In this document: positions 51,642 to 62,867 of the stretch, one piece after another
Layout of the letters: each line of letters begins with the position of its first letter
Numbering within the stretch: the first letter of the stretch is position 1
DNA from: Planctomycetota bacterium
GTDB lineage: Bacteria > Planctomycetota > PLA2 > JAEUHO01
Direction: 5' to 3'
Assembly: GCA_965223505.1 (NCBI GenBank)
Contig: CBDCWP010000044.1
Location: 96,001-160,000, forward strand
Length of the DNA: 64,000 bases
Notes under the pieces: generated by a model
Seen by the model: the letters and a program-made list of their open reading frames with translations, nothing else
The model's database searches: none
Told to the model about the DNA's origin: nothing
Position numbers and translations under genes: made by a program

Positions 51642-52838
51642 ATGACGCTACCGGCTCACCGTTCGATTTCTCCCGGCGACCTGGCGGCGCCCGCGGCGGC
51701 GCTCGGTGTGCCGTTGATGGACCCCAGACGCATCTACGAGCAGTGGGGCCCGCAGGCCGAGGCCAGCATCGTCGAGATCCTCCGCAGCCACGCCTACGTC
51801 AAGGGGAAGCACGTCGCGGGGCTCGAAGAGGAGTTCTCTGCCTACGTCGGGACCCGGCACGCGGTGGCCGTGGACTCGTGCACCGACGCCCTCTATCTCG
51901 TCCTGCGCGCCGTGTTGCAGGGCCGGCCGAAGGACCAGCGCGAGGTGGTGCTGCCGACGTTCACCTTCGTCGCCACCGCCGGCGCGGTCGTGAACGCCGG
52001 CGGCCGACCCGTGTTCGCCGACGTCTGCCCCGAGACGCACAACATGGATCCCGAGTCGCTCGCGGCCCGTATGTCGCCGCGCACGGCCGCCGTGATTCCG
52101 GTGCACATCTTCGGCAACCCCATGGACGTGGACGCGCTGCGCGACGTCGTTCGCGGGGCGCCGGGACGGAACGGCTCGACCGGGGAAGACGTGTTCATGC
52201 TCGAGGACGCCGCCCAGGCCGTCCACGCCTCCGTTGCGGGCCGCAGAGCCGGCGCCCTGGCCGACGCGGGGACGTTCTCGTTCTATCCGTCGAAGAACGT
52301 GGCCGCGGCCGGCGACGGCGGCATCGTCACGACCGACGACGACGGCGTCGCCGACACCGTTCGCGCGCTGCGCGACCACGGTCAAACCCGCAAGCTCTAC
52401 GATCACGACTTCGTCGGCACCAACAGCCGCATGGACGAGATCCAGGCCGCCGTCATTCGCGTGAAGCTGCCGCTCGTCGACGAGTGGACTCGCCAGCGTC
52501 AGGCGATCGCACAGCGCTACGACGCCGCGTTCGAAGGGCTTCCGATTCGCCGGCAGCGCGTGGCGCCGCACGCGGCGTCGGCGTACCACCTCTACACGAT
52601 TCGCGTGGACGACCGCGACGAGGTGCGCGAGCGGCTCCGGCAACAGGGCATCGCGACCGGCGTCTACTACCCGATGCCCCTGCACCGGCAATCGTGCTTT
52701 GCGCGCTTCGCGCCGGACGATTGTCCGGAGGCCGACGCCCTCGCATCGGACGTATTGTCGCTGCCGTGTTTCCCCGGCCTCGCGGTGGACGAGCAGACGC
52801 GCGTCATCGAGGCCCTGCGCCGCGTTCTCGCGCGCTAG
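51642..52838 (+). CDS. DegT/DnrJ/EryC1/StrS PLP-dependent aminotransferase
   Basis: FTFVATA, EDAAQA, SFYPSKN (PLP Lys), GDGG, NSRMDEIQAA. Confidence 0.93.
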   Translation: MTLPAHRSISPGDLAAPAAALGVPLMDPRRIYEQWGPQAEASIVEILRSHAYVKGKHVAGLEEEFSAYVGTRHAVAVDSCTDALYLVLRAVLQGRPKDQREVVLPTFTFVATAGAVVNAGGRPVFADVCPETHNMDPESLAARMSPRTAAVIPVHIFGNPMDVDALRDVVRGAPGRNGSTGEDVFMLEDAAQAVHASVAGRRAGALADAGTFSFYPSKNVAAAGDGGIVTTDDDGVADTVRALRDHGQTRKLYDHDFVGTNSRMDEIQAAVIRVKLPLVDEWTRQRQAIAQRYDAAFEGLPIRRQRVAPHAASAYHLYTIRVDDRDEVRERLRQQGIATGVYYPMPLHRQSCFARFAPDDCPEADALASDVLSLPCFPGLAVDEQTRVIEALRRVLAR

Positions 52839-52971
52839 CGGCGTTCGCTCGTCCACGTTTTCGGACCCACGTCGAGATAAGTGAACGGCCCGGCGGCGGC
52901 GGGCGACGGCAAAGCCCTGATTCTTGCGGGTTGCGTCGAGGGCACGGTCCGTGCGAGGGAAGCGGACGAAC

Positions 52972-53340
52972 ATGCCCGTAGTCGAAGCTCATACTCCCGA
53001 GCGGCGGAGAGATCGCCGCATTCCCATGACCGCTCGCGTGCGGATTGCGCCGCGCGAAGCCGGGTCCGGACTGCAGGCCGAGCTCGTGGACGTGAGCGCC
53101 GGGGGTCTGCGCGCCCAATGCCGGCCGCCGCCGGCCCTCATGGCGGGCACCGAGGTCGAGGTGGAGATCCGGGTCCACGTGTCCCAGCGGGCGAAGCAGC
53201 AGCCCATGGTCAACCTGCGTGGGACGGGCGTGGTCGTTCGGATCGAGGCGGAAGAAGGCTCGGAGCCCTACGAAGCCGCGCTGCGTTTCACCGGCCCGCT
53301 GGAGCTCCGCGAGCCGTTCGCGCAACTGCTCCTGTTCTAG
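52972..53340 (+). CDS. Single-domain PilZ c-di-GMP-binding protein
   Basis: RRRDRR (RxxxR) and DVSAGG (DxSxxG) motifs. Confidence 0.85.
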   Translation: MPVVEAHTPERRRDRRIPMTARVRIAPREAGSGLQAELVDVSAGGLRAQCRPPPALMAGTEVEVEIRVHVSQRAKQQPMVNLRGTGVVVRIEAEEGSEPYEAALRFTGPLELREPFAQLLLF

Positions 53341-53380
53341 GGGCGCGGATCGTTCGGCCGCCGTCGGTCTCGACGAACCG

Positions 53381-54760
53381 CTACTGGCCGTTGTTGCCGC
53401 GGTTCTTCGCGAGGAGGCCGTACTTGCGCATCTTGTTGAACAGCGTCGTACGGTTGATCATCAACGCGGCCGCTGTCTCCTGACGGTTCCAGCCGTGGCT
53501 GCGCAGGGTCCGCTCGATGATCTCGCGCTCCGGGATCTCCAACGCCTTGCGCAACGGCAGCGTCTGTCCCGGTTCGGGCGCCGAGACCGAGCGCGTCATC
53601 TCCGGCGGCAGGTCGCGCGGCGTCAGCGCGTCCGTGCGGCAGAGAATCACGCCGCGCTCGATCACGTTCTCGAGCTCTCGAATGTTGCCGGGCCACGCGT
53701 GCGCCTGCAGGATCGTCATCGCGTTGTCGTCGATGTGCATCACCGGCTTGTTGTTGTCGTCCGCGAAACGGCGCAGGAAGTGCGCGGCCAACAGCGGGAT
53801 GTCGCCGAGCCGCTCGCGCAGCGGCGGCAGATGCACCGGCACGACACTGATCCGATAGAAGAGGTCGCGGCGGAACGAGCCGTCCTCGACCTTCGCTTCC
53901 AAGTCCTCGTTGGTCGCCAGCACGAGGCGCACGTCGACCTTCACGGTCTCTTCGCTGCCCACGGGCTCGAACGTGCGCTCCTGGATCACACGCAGCAACC
54001 GCACCTGCAGTGCCGGGCTGGCCGTTCCGATCTCATCGAGGAACAGCGTGCCGCCGTCCGCCGCCTGGAAACGACCCGAGCGTGAGCTCGTCGCTCCCGT
54101 GAACGCCCCCTTGGCGTGACCGAAGAGCTCGCTCTCGAGCAGGCCCTCGGGCAATGCGCCGCAGTTCACTTCGACGAACGGCTTTTCCGCGCGATTCGAT
54201 GCATCGTGCACCGCGCGCGCCACCATCGACTTGCCCGTCCCGCTCTCGCCCGTGATCAAGACGGTCGCCCGCGTGGCGGCGACCGCGTCCACGGTCTCGA
54301 AGAGCTTGACGAAATTGGGATCCTTGCCGACCGCCTCGCGCGGGCCCTTGGCATGGGCGAGCTGGGCGCGCAGGTCGGCGTTCTCGGTGCGCAGGCGAAC
54401 CGACTCCACGGCGCGATCGATCACGACGACCATCTCGTCGTCGAGCACCGGCTTGGTGACGTAGTCGAAGGCGCCTTCCTTCATGCCGCGCACGGCGTTC
54501 TCGATCGTGCCGTAGCCCGTGATGAGGATCACCTCGGTGTTCGGGTGCTCTTGCTTGACGCGGCGCAGCACCTCGAAACCGTCGGCGCCCGGCATGTTGA
54601 TGTCGGAGATGACCACGTCGAAGTCCTTCTCGCCCAGCTGACGCAGCGCCTCCTCGGCGTCGCTGGCGGCCTCGACCTCGTGACCGTGCTTGCGCAGCAG
54701 AATGCGCAGCGTGCGCGGCACCAGCGGATCGTCATCGACAATGAGAATGCGAGCGGACAC
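53381..54760 (-). CDS. Sigma-54-dependent response regulator (NtrC/AtoC family)
   Basis: AGGAG-GTG start; receiver, GESGTGKS, GAFTGA, WPGNIREL, HTH. Confidence 0.95.
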   Translation of the reverse strand: MSARILIVDDDPLVPRTLRILLRKHGHEVEAASDAEEALRQLGEKDFDVVISDINMPGADGFEVLRRVKQEHPNTEVILITGYGTIENAVRGMKEGAFDYVTKPVLDDEMVVVIDRAVESVRLRTENADLRAQLAHAKGPREAVGKDPNFVKLFETVDAVAATRATVLITGESGTGKSMVARAVHDASNRAEKPFVEVNCGALPEGLLESELFGHAKGAFTGATSSRSGRFQAADGGTLFLDEIGTASPALQVRLLRVIQERTFEPVGSEETVKVDVRLVLATNEDLEAKVEDGSFRRDLFYRISVVPVHLPPLRERLGDIPLLAAHFLRRFADDNNKPVMHIDDNAMTILQAHAWPGNIRELENVIERGVILCRTDALTPRDLPPEMTRSVSAPEPGQTLPLRKALEIPEREIIERTLRSHGWNRQETAAALMINRTTLFNKMRKYGLLAKNRGNNGQ

Positions 54761-54768
54761 GCGTACTC

Positions 54769-55914
54769 CTACAAGGCTTCCGTCAACGCCCGTTGCGCGG
54801 GCAGGGATACGGTGACGACGGTGCCGCCGTCCATGGGGCAATCCACGCGGATCGTTCCACCGAACTTCTCGATCAGTCGGGCCGAGATCGGCAGCCCGAG
54901 TCCCGTCCCCTTCCCGGGGTCCTTCGTCGTGAAGAAGGGCTCGAACACGCGCGGCAGGACGTCCTCTGCGATCCCCGGGCCGCGGTCGTGGACCTCGATC
55001 ACGAGCCGGTCGTCGTCACGCGATGCACGCACGGTGACCGGGCCGTCGCCGCCGCCCGCATCACACGCGTTGCGCAGCAAGTTCGTCAGCACCTGGTGCA
55101 GGCCGCGCGGGACCGGGATCTTCGAGACGTCACCGCGCAGGTCGCGCTCCATCTCCGGCGAGTCGTCGCCCAGCGCGAGCTGCACGGACGACACCGACTC
55201 ATCGACCAGCGTTTCGAGCGGCTGGGGCGCCTGCTCCACCGCGGCGTTGCGCGAGAAGGTCAACAGGCTCTGCACGATGTCGGCCATGCGCAGTAGGCCA
55301 GCGTGCGCCAGGTCCAGGTACTCGCTCGACTCGGCGTCGTCGTTCAGACGGTCCTGCGTCATGCGCACGCAGCGCAACACCGCGTCGAGGGGGTTGTTCA
55401 GCTCGTGCGCGACGCCGGCGGCGAGCTTGCCGATCATCGCGAGCTTCTCCTGCACCTGCAGGCGCTTGCGCAGATCCTGGTTGGCGTGCAGCGCGTTGTG
55501 GTGCTCGAGCGCCTTCTCGACGGTCGCCGTGATCTCGTCCGCGCGGCAGGGCTTGGTCAGCACGTCGAACGCGCCCAGGCGCATGAGCTCGACCGTGCGT
55601 TCGACCGTGCCGTAGCCGGTGAGCACCACGGGGACGATCGACGGCCAACTCTCGTGCAGCTTGGCGATGAGCTCCTGCCCGTTCATCGGGCTCATCTGCA
55701 TGTCGGTCAACACGACGTGCGGCGGGTTCTCCCGGCAGGCCGCGAGCGCCGTCTCTCCGCCGTCCGCGATCGTCACGCGGTGGCCGGCAATCTCGAGGAC
55801 CTCCCGAAGGAAGTCGCGAACGACCTGCTTGTCGTCCACGATGAGCACGTGCGTCGCACGCACGTCGGTCTCCGGAGGCTGGGCCGTGCCGTTGTTGGCG
55901 GGTTTCCCGTCCAT
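54769..55914 (-). CDS. Receiver-histidine kinase hybrid
   Basis: Receiver (IVDD, TDMQM, KP); AHELNNPL; NLLRNA; DRGPGI; FEPFFTTK; GTGLGL. Confidence 0.92.
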   Translation of the reverse strand: MDGKPANNGTAQPPETDVRATHVLIVDDKQVVRDFLREVLEIAGHRVTIADGGETALAACRENPPHVVLTDMQMSPMNGQELIAKLHESWPSIVPVVLTGYGTVERTVELMRLGAFDVLTKPCRADEITATVEKALEHHNALHANQDLRKRLQVQEKLAMIGKLAAGVAHELNNPLDAVLRCVRMTQDRLNDDAESSEYLDLAHAGLLRMADIVQSLLTFSRNAAVEQAPQPLETLVDESVSSVQLALGDDSPEMERDLRGDVSKIPVPRGLHQVLTNLLRNACDAGGGDGPVTVRASRDDDRLVIEVHDRGPGIAEDVLPRVFEPFFTTKDPGKGTGLGLPISARLIEKFGGTIRVDCPMDGGTVVTVSLPAQRALTEAL

Positions 55915-56055
55915 CGAGTACGCCTGGTGAGAAGTTTGGACACGCACCTTTCGACCCGATGGCCCCTGGATCTTGAGGGAATGGGCCAGGTGGGCGTGAC
56001 GTGTCGTGAAGATTCGACTCGCCGGCGGACTTCGTACGCTGTTCGCCCGCGGGCG

Positions 56056-57522
56056 CTACCGGGTGCGAATTCGGTCCCGGCCGCTGTTCTTGGCCTCGTA
56101 GAGGGCCTCGTCGGCCGCTTTCAGCAGCTGATCGGCTTCCGTTCGGCCGGGGATCAGCGCGGCCATGCCGCCGGACACCGTGATCCGGGTGTGGGGCTGG
56201 CCGGGTCCCAGGGGGACGGTGCGCTGCGCGACCGCCCTGCGGGCCCGCTCCAGCGCCGCCAACGCCATCTCGGCGTGCCCGGCCGCGTTGCCGGGCAGCA
56301 GCACGGCGAACTCCTCTCCGCCCCAGCGGCAGACGAGGTCGGAGTCGCGGAACGCGGACGCGAGCCGCCGTGCCACGGCCACCAGGGCCAGGTCGCCCGC
56401 TTGATGCCCGAAGCGGTCGTTCAGGGCCTTGAAGTGATCGATGTCGATCAGGCCGACGACGAGCCCCGTGCCGGCGCGCGTCGCGCGCTCGAGCTCGCGG
56501 CCCAACGCGCGCTCGAACGCCCGGCGATTGGGCAGGCCGGTCAACTCGTCGCGCGCCGAGAGGTGCTCGGCGCGTCGGAGCCGGCGTGCGTTGTGCAGCG
56601 CGGTGCCGGCACGCCGGCACATGTGCGACCAGGCTGCCAGCGCGTCGGCGTCCGGGGGGCCGTCGTGCGGAAAGCCCGTGAGGTTCAGCACGCCCTCGAC
56701 CTGTCCGTCGCCGCCGAGGGGCAAGACGACGTACGCGGCGCCTGCGTACCCCCGCGCGCCGCCCTTCGAGCCGCGGCCGGTGAGGGCGCGACCCAACGCC
56801 GCCGCGCGGCCTGCGATGCCCGAGCCGATGCTGCAGCGGACCTTGCCGATCAGGGCGTCGTTCCAGCCGACGGCGGCGTCGAGACGCAGCGTGCTACGTC
56901 CGTGCTCGCGGACCATGAGGCTGGCGCGTGCCGCGTCGGACGCCTCGACGAGCGCGTCGAGGATGTACGTCGTCAGCGCCGCCGGGTCGGACATGCGCTG
57001 AAGGCAACCGTCGGTGAACGCTGCCGGGTCCGGGGCCGGATCCCGCGGTGTGCGCTCGATCGCGTCCGTTTCGACGTCCGCGCGCGGCAGCGGTGCCTGT
57101 GATCGAACGCTCTCGGTGGCGGGCGGCGGCAGCGCCGCGTCCGGGGGCGCCGGATCGACGACCGTGACCTCGAGGGCGCGCAACGCGCGGCGCACGGCCT
57201 TCGAGCGGGGAAACCCGAGCACGAGCAGCGCGGCGTCGCCTAGCGCGCGCCGCAGATTGCGAACGGCGGCCCGCGGACGATCGACCAACGCACTCGGCTC
57301 GACGAGGCACCCGTCGAACGCGTGCTGGCTCAGGGCGACGAGGGCGGCGTGCACGTCGTCGGCTTCGGTCACGTGCAGCGCGGCGTCGTGCGCGGCGCCG
57401 AGGCTCTTGCGCAACGACGTCGGCGCGTCGTCGATCCCGACGAGCAGCCAGCGCGCGGGCGCGGTCGGCGGCCGTCCCCTCGGGGTGTCGCCGATGAGAT
57501 GTGCCAACACGTCCGGCGTCAT
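56056..57522 (-). CDS. Diguanylate cyclase (degenerate receiver plus GAF plus GGDEF)
   Basis: DELTGLPNRR, DIDHFK.LND.FGH..GD, RDSD I-site, GGEEF, ADEALYEAK..GR. Confidence 0.92.
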   Translation of the reverse strand: MTPDVLAHLIGDTPRGRPPTAPARWLLVGIDDAPTSLRKSLGAAHDAALHVTEADDVHAALVALSQHAFDGCLVEPSALVDRPRAAVRNLRRALGDAALLVLGFPRSKAVRRALRALEVTVVDPAPPDAALPPPATESVRSQAPLPRADVETDAIERTPRDPAPDPAAFTDGCLQRMSDPAALTTYILDALVEASDAARASLMVREHGRSTLRLDAAVGWNDALIGKVRCSIGSGIAGRAAALGRALTGRGSKGGARGYAGAAYVVLPLGGDGQVEGVLNLTGFPHDGPPDADALAAWSHMCRRAGTALHNARRLRRAEHLSARDELTGLPNRRAFERALGRELERATRAGTGLVVGLIDIDHFKALNDRFGHQAGDLALVAVARRLASAFRDSDLVCRWGGEEFAVLLPGNAAGHAEMALAALERARRAVAQRTVPLGPGQPHTRITVSGGMAALIPGRTEADQLLKAADEALYEAKNSGRDRIRTR

Positions 57523-57530
57523 GGCGTTGC

Positions 57531-59108
57531 TCAGATCTGGTCGGGCGGAAGCGACAGGAGGCCGTCGACGGCCTTCTGGACGAATTGGGAGCCGGCGTTC
57601 GCGGCGATCTCGGCCAGCGCGTCCCGTTTCGAGCGGGACGGCCGGTAGGGCCGGGGGCTGATCATCGCGTCGTAGGCCTCGGCGACGCCGATGATGCCGG
57701 CGCCGAGCGGGATCTCGTCGCCGGAGAGGCCGTCGGGGTAGCCGCCGCCGTCGGGCCGCTCGCGGTGATGCCGCACGAATGCCGCGGCCTCGCCGAACGG
57801 GGCCAGGATCCGGGCGCCGACCACCGGATGCGACTGGACGACTTCGCGCTCGGCCGCCGTGAGCGGGCCGCTGCGCGACAGCACGTGATCGGGGATGCCC
57901 ACCTCGCCGACGTCGTGCAGGCGGGCGGCCGTGCGAATGACCGACCGCAGCCGGGGCGACAGCTCGAGCCGCTGCGCGATCCGATCGGCGATCCGCGCCA
58001 CGCGGTCGGAGTGACCGGGGTAGAAGCCGCCGCGGCCTTCCAGCGTGTCGACGATGCCCGCGGCGACGCGCAGCGCATTCGCTTCGGCCGCCTTGCGGTT
58101 GAGCTCCGACTCGATCGCCGCGCCGAGCGTTTGCGGCACGAGCGACAACAGGTATTCGTCGCCGGCGGCGTCGCAGGAATCCGACGCCGGACGCAGGATC
58201 GTGAGGCCGCCCATCGGCCGACCGGCGACGTCCACGGCCGCGGCCAACCCCTCCATCGGGGCGCCGAACCCGAGGACGAGGTCGCGCAGCACGCCGTTGG
58301 AACGGTTGCGCGCGCGCTGGAGCAGGTCCGGGCCCATGGTCGAGAGCACGCGGTCCGGCAGCGCCCCCGACTTGTGCTCGGCCACGTGGATGCCTTCGTT
58401 CAGATCGATTTCGATGCGCGTCAAGACGCCGCCGAACCGGCGCGACAGGATGCCGGCCGTCGTCTGCAGCACACGTTCGAGGTCGCGGTTGCGCGAGAGC
58501 AGATGCGACAGCTCGCGCAGGAACTGGAGATCACGCACGCGGCGTTCGAGATCCCGGCGGGACAGGCGCAGGTCTTCCTGCGCGCGCTCGAGCTCCTGCT
58601 CGGTCTGCCGGTGCCGGCGCCGCAGCGAGTCGGCCTCTTCACGCACGCGGTCGACCGCGTCCTTCTCGGTGCGCGCGATGCGCCGGGCGGTGAGCACGCG
58701 GCCCACGACGCTGCGCAGGTCCTCGAGGCCGAACGGCTTGGTGAGGTAGTCGTCGGCGCCGTAGCGCAGCGCCTGGACGGCCGTCTCGGTGGACGAGAAC
58801 GCGGTGATCAGGATGCTGCCGAGATCGGGGCGGATCTGCTTCGCCGACCGGATCAGATCGAGCCCGTTCATGCGCGGCATCTTGAGGTCGGTCAGCAGGA
58901 TGCTGACGTCCTGCTCGCGGATGTCCGCCAGCGCGGCGCGTCCGTCGGGGCGGACCGTGACGCGGTACCCTTCCCGGCGCAGCGCGGTCGAGACGAGCTC
59001 GCGGATCTGGGGTTCGTCGTCGACCACCAGGACGTGCGGGCCCGCGTCTTCACCACCCGGCCGGGGCGGGTTCGCAGGGGTTGCCTCGGCTTCGTCGTTC
59101 GGCCGCAT
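57531..59108 (-). CDS. Receiver plus HD-GYP domain protein
   Basis: Receiver (VVDDE, TDLKMP, KP); HSDRV, LHDVG, HP..GA, DGGGYPDGL; some metal ligands are substituted. Confidence 0.88.
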   Translation of the reverse strand: MRPNDEAEATPANPPRPGGEDAGPHVLVVDDEPQIRELVSTALRREGYRVTVRPDGRAALADIREQDVSILLTDLKMPRMNGLDLIRSAKQIRPDLGSILITAFSSTETAVQALRYGADDYLTKPFGLEDLRSVVGRVLTARRIARTEKDAVDRVREEADSLRRRHRQTEQELERAQEDLRLSRRDLERRVRDLQFLRELSHLLSRNRDLERVLQTTAGILSRRFGGVLTRIEIDLNEGIHVAEHKSGALPDRVLSTMGPDLLQRARNRSNGVLRDLVLGFGAPMEGLAAAVDVAGRPMGGLTILRPASDSCDAAGDEYLLSLVPQTLGAAIESELNRKAAEANALRVAAGIVDTLEGRGGFYPGHSDRVARIADRIAQRLELSPRLRSVIRTAARLHDVGEVGIPDHVLSRSGPLTAAEREVVQSHPVVGARILAPFGEAAAFVRHHRERPDGGGYPDGLSGDEIPLGAGIIGVAEAYDAMISPRPYRPSRSKRDALAEIAANAGSQFVQKAVDGLLSLPPDQI

Positions 59109-59290
59109 ACCTCGCTGGATCGGCTCGGATCCTGTAGGACTTCGGCCTCTTTTGCCGCCTGGAATGGGGGCCAAAGCACCGCGGGAACGGACGATGGGCC
59201 CACGCCGGCGCGATTGGACCGTCCGGTCGGACGATCGGGCCGTTATAGGATGGTGGAGGCTTTGTTCCGGGCGCGGCTGGAGTTTCGTAG

Positions 59291-60151
59291 ATGCGCAAGA
59301 ATGTCCTGTTGATGAGCGTCCTGGCGCTCGGAATGGTCCTGACCCTGAGTCCCGGGCTCGCCTGGGGGTGAGGCTGAGGCGCCGGCGGCGGAGGGGGCGG
59401 TCGCTCCCCGTCCATCGGACCCTCGCCCGTCGGGCCGGGCGGTAGCCCGACGACACCCGGTGGATCCCCCTCGGGGCGCGGACGCAGCGTCGGCGCGGCG
59501 CCGCGGCTGACCCACTTCAAGTGGGACGTCGTCGAGATCGGCCCCATGCGCGCGGTCACCGGCGAAGAGGACGAAGAAGCCATCACGCCCGAGAAGCACC
59601 TGCGCAAGGTGCTCGGCTTCGACAAGGCCAGCCGCTACGGCGACAAGCGCCCGACGCTCGTCTACTTCCACTGGCCCCACGAGGACGGCAAGGAAGGCAA
59701 GATCTCCGAGAAGACGTGCCGGATCCTCGACGACGAGGAAGCCGCGCGCTGGTCGCTGTTGTTCCGTTGCGTGCAGATCGACATGGGCACCTCCAAGGAG
59801 GAGTTCACCGAGCTGCTCGGCGCGAAGGACAAGCCGTCGTTCGCCATGATGGACGCCGAGGCCAACATCGTCTTCGAGTTCCCCGCCCACAAGAGCGCGC
59901 GCAAGGTCTCGCAGTCGCTCGAGCAGGGACTGAAGAAGTTCCCCGCGTACTACAAGAAGGTGAAGGCGGACCTGAAGCAGCAGACCAAGTGGATGGCGGA
60001 AGCCAAGAAGCTGCAGAAGGCGAAGAAGCACAAGGAAGCGCTCACCCTCATCGACAAGGTGCGCTTCTCGAACCTGCGGGTCGGCGACGAGTTCGACAAG
60101 GCGCAGGACGTCGGCCGCACGCTCGCCGCGAAGATCTCGCGCCAGAGCTAG
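59291..60151 (+). CDS. Candidate exported selenoprotein (U-G-U after signal peptide) with thioredoxin-like domain
   Basis: ATG 59291 encodes MRKNVLLMSVLALGMVLTLSPGLAWG, then TGA(59369)-GGC-TGA(59375). An open G/P/S-rich linker follows, in frame with ORF 59546..60151 (KRPTLVYFHW...FRCVQID...PSFAMMDAE). The CDS downstream of 59546 is high confidence; Sec readthrough is inferred. Confidence 0.6.
59385..59413 (+). promoter_or_regulatory. Candidate bacterial SECIS hairpin
   Basis: GGGGGC-[GGTC]-GCTCCC stem-loop with a G-first apical loop at 59399, 21 nt after the second TGA and 27 nt after the first. Confidence 0.45.
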
Positions 60152-60173
60152 GGCTCTTCTCAAATCAGCACGC

Positions 60174-61247
60174 CTACCCCGTCAAGGGTAGGCGTAGCGC
60201 CAGCACGGCGCCCTCGTCCGTGGCCCGAACGGCGAGGTTGCCGCCGTGCCCCGCGGCGACCGCGTCGGCGAGCGCGAGCCCCGGGTAGGGCAGGCGCGTC
60301 TCTTCGTGGCTCCAGATGACCGTGCGGCGGTAGTCCGCCAGCTCGCGCTCGTTCAGCATCACGCCGCGGCCGCGAAGCGCTGCCTCGAGCAGGGGCCGGG
60401 ACGATCCGGGCGCGCGTTGCGGCGGCAACGTCCGGACCCGGCCCTCCACCTTCACCGGCGCGTCGCTCGACTGGGCGGCGAGGAAGGTGAGGGCGCTGCC
60501 GAACGCGCCGGTCACCTGTTCCGCGTCCACCGGCAACGGCGGGCCGTCTTCCGGCGGCAGGCCCGTCGTCTGTACCGTGCCGGCGTCGACGGCGGCGTCG
60601 AGCGAGCCGCGCAGCAGCGGGCCGAGCGAGGTCTCGGTCTTCTGCGGCGTCCCCAGGTAGCCGAAGTCGCCGAGGATGTCGACCACGTCGCGCACGCGTC
60701 GCACCTCCGCCTGTAGCTTGTCCCGGTGCGCCTGCGGCACGTCGCCCTCGCCGAGCAGGGACAGCACCTGAAGCGGGTTGTTGACCGCGTGGGAGACCTC
60801 CGAGGCGAGACGCGAGAGCGCTCCGGTGTCCGTCGCGGGCGCTGCCGCCGCGGGCGCGGGAACCAGCAACCGGCGCGCGACGAGCGTGAGCTCCTTGTCG
60901 TAGAACGGCAGGTGAACGTAGGCGTCGGCGCCCGCGGTGAGCGCGCGCAGGGCGGCCCGGCGCTCGCCCTCGGGCATCAGCAGCAGGATGCGCGTGTGTG
61001 GGGCGCGCTTGCGGACCGTCGAGACGAACCCCGCGTCGCGGCGGCGGAAGTTCTCGAGGGAGAGCACGACCAGGTCGCTCGGCTGCTCCACGAATCGCGC
61101 CGTGCCCTCGTACGGCTCGCGCGCTGCCCGCACCGTGCACCCGGCGCGCCGCAGCGCCCGCGCGGCGCTCTTGCGGCCGGGACCCTTGCCCATGACGAGC
61201 AGGGCCGTGTACGGCGTCTCCGACGAGGGCGAGGGGGTGGGAGCCAA
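60174..61247 (-). CDS. Degenerate receiver plus HisKA plus degenerate HATPase (pseudo-kinase); start uncertain
   Basis: VSHAVNNPL H-box retained; receiver phospho-Asp position reads VVLSLE; no N/G1 boxes, only PGLALA...HGG. Confidence 0.7.
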   Translation of the reverse strand: MAPTPSPSSETPYTALLVMGKGPGRKSAARALRRAGCTVRAAREPYEGTARFVEQPSDLVVLSLENFRRRDAGFVSTVRKRAPHTRILLLMPEGERRAALRALTAGADAYVHLPFYDKELTLVARRLLVPAPAAAAPATDTGALSRLASEVSHAVNNPLQVLSLLGEGDVPQAHRDKLQAEVRRVRDVVDILGDFGYLGTPQKTETSLGPLLRGSLDAAVDAGTVQTTGLPPEDGPPLPVDAEQVTGAFGSALTFLAAQSSDAPVKVEGRVRTLPPQRAPGSSRPLLEAALRGRGVMLNERELADYRRTVIWSHEETRLPYPGLALADAVAAGHGGNLAVRATDEGAVLALRLPLTG

Positions 61248-61435
61248 GCGTGCATCCAGGCCGGACGGGTGGTGCGGACCCCGCCCATTCTTTGAATCGT
61301 CGCACATGATGCGGCACTGAGGGGACTCTCCGGCCGCCGGATCGCCGGTTCCTTCGAACCGGACCGGACGGCTGGAAGCCGCAGCCCTACAATCCGCGGG
61401 CCCTTTTCGACGAACCCGCCCCGGGAGACCTGCCG

Positions 61436-62791
<1,356 letters not shown>

Positions 62792-62825
62792 GCGGGCGTC
62801 GCCCTGCCGGACCCGACCCGGGCTA

Positions 62826-62864
62826 CCGCGGGACGTCTCCCGAGACGTCTCCCGCCTCCCGCGG
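62826..62864. terminator. Inverted repeat between convergent genes (possible bidirectional terminator)
   Basis: CCGCGGGA...TCCCGCGG enclosing a duplicated GACGTCTCCCG. Confidence 0.3.
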
Positions 62865-62867
62865 CTC

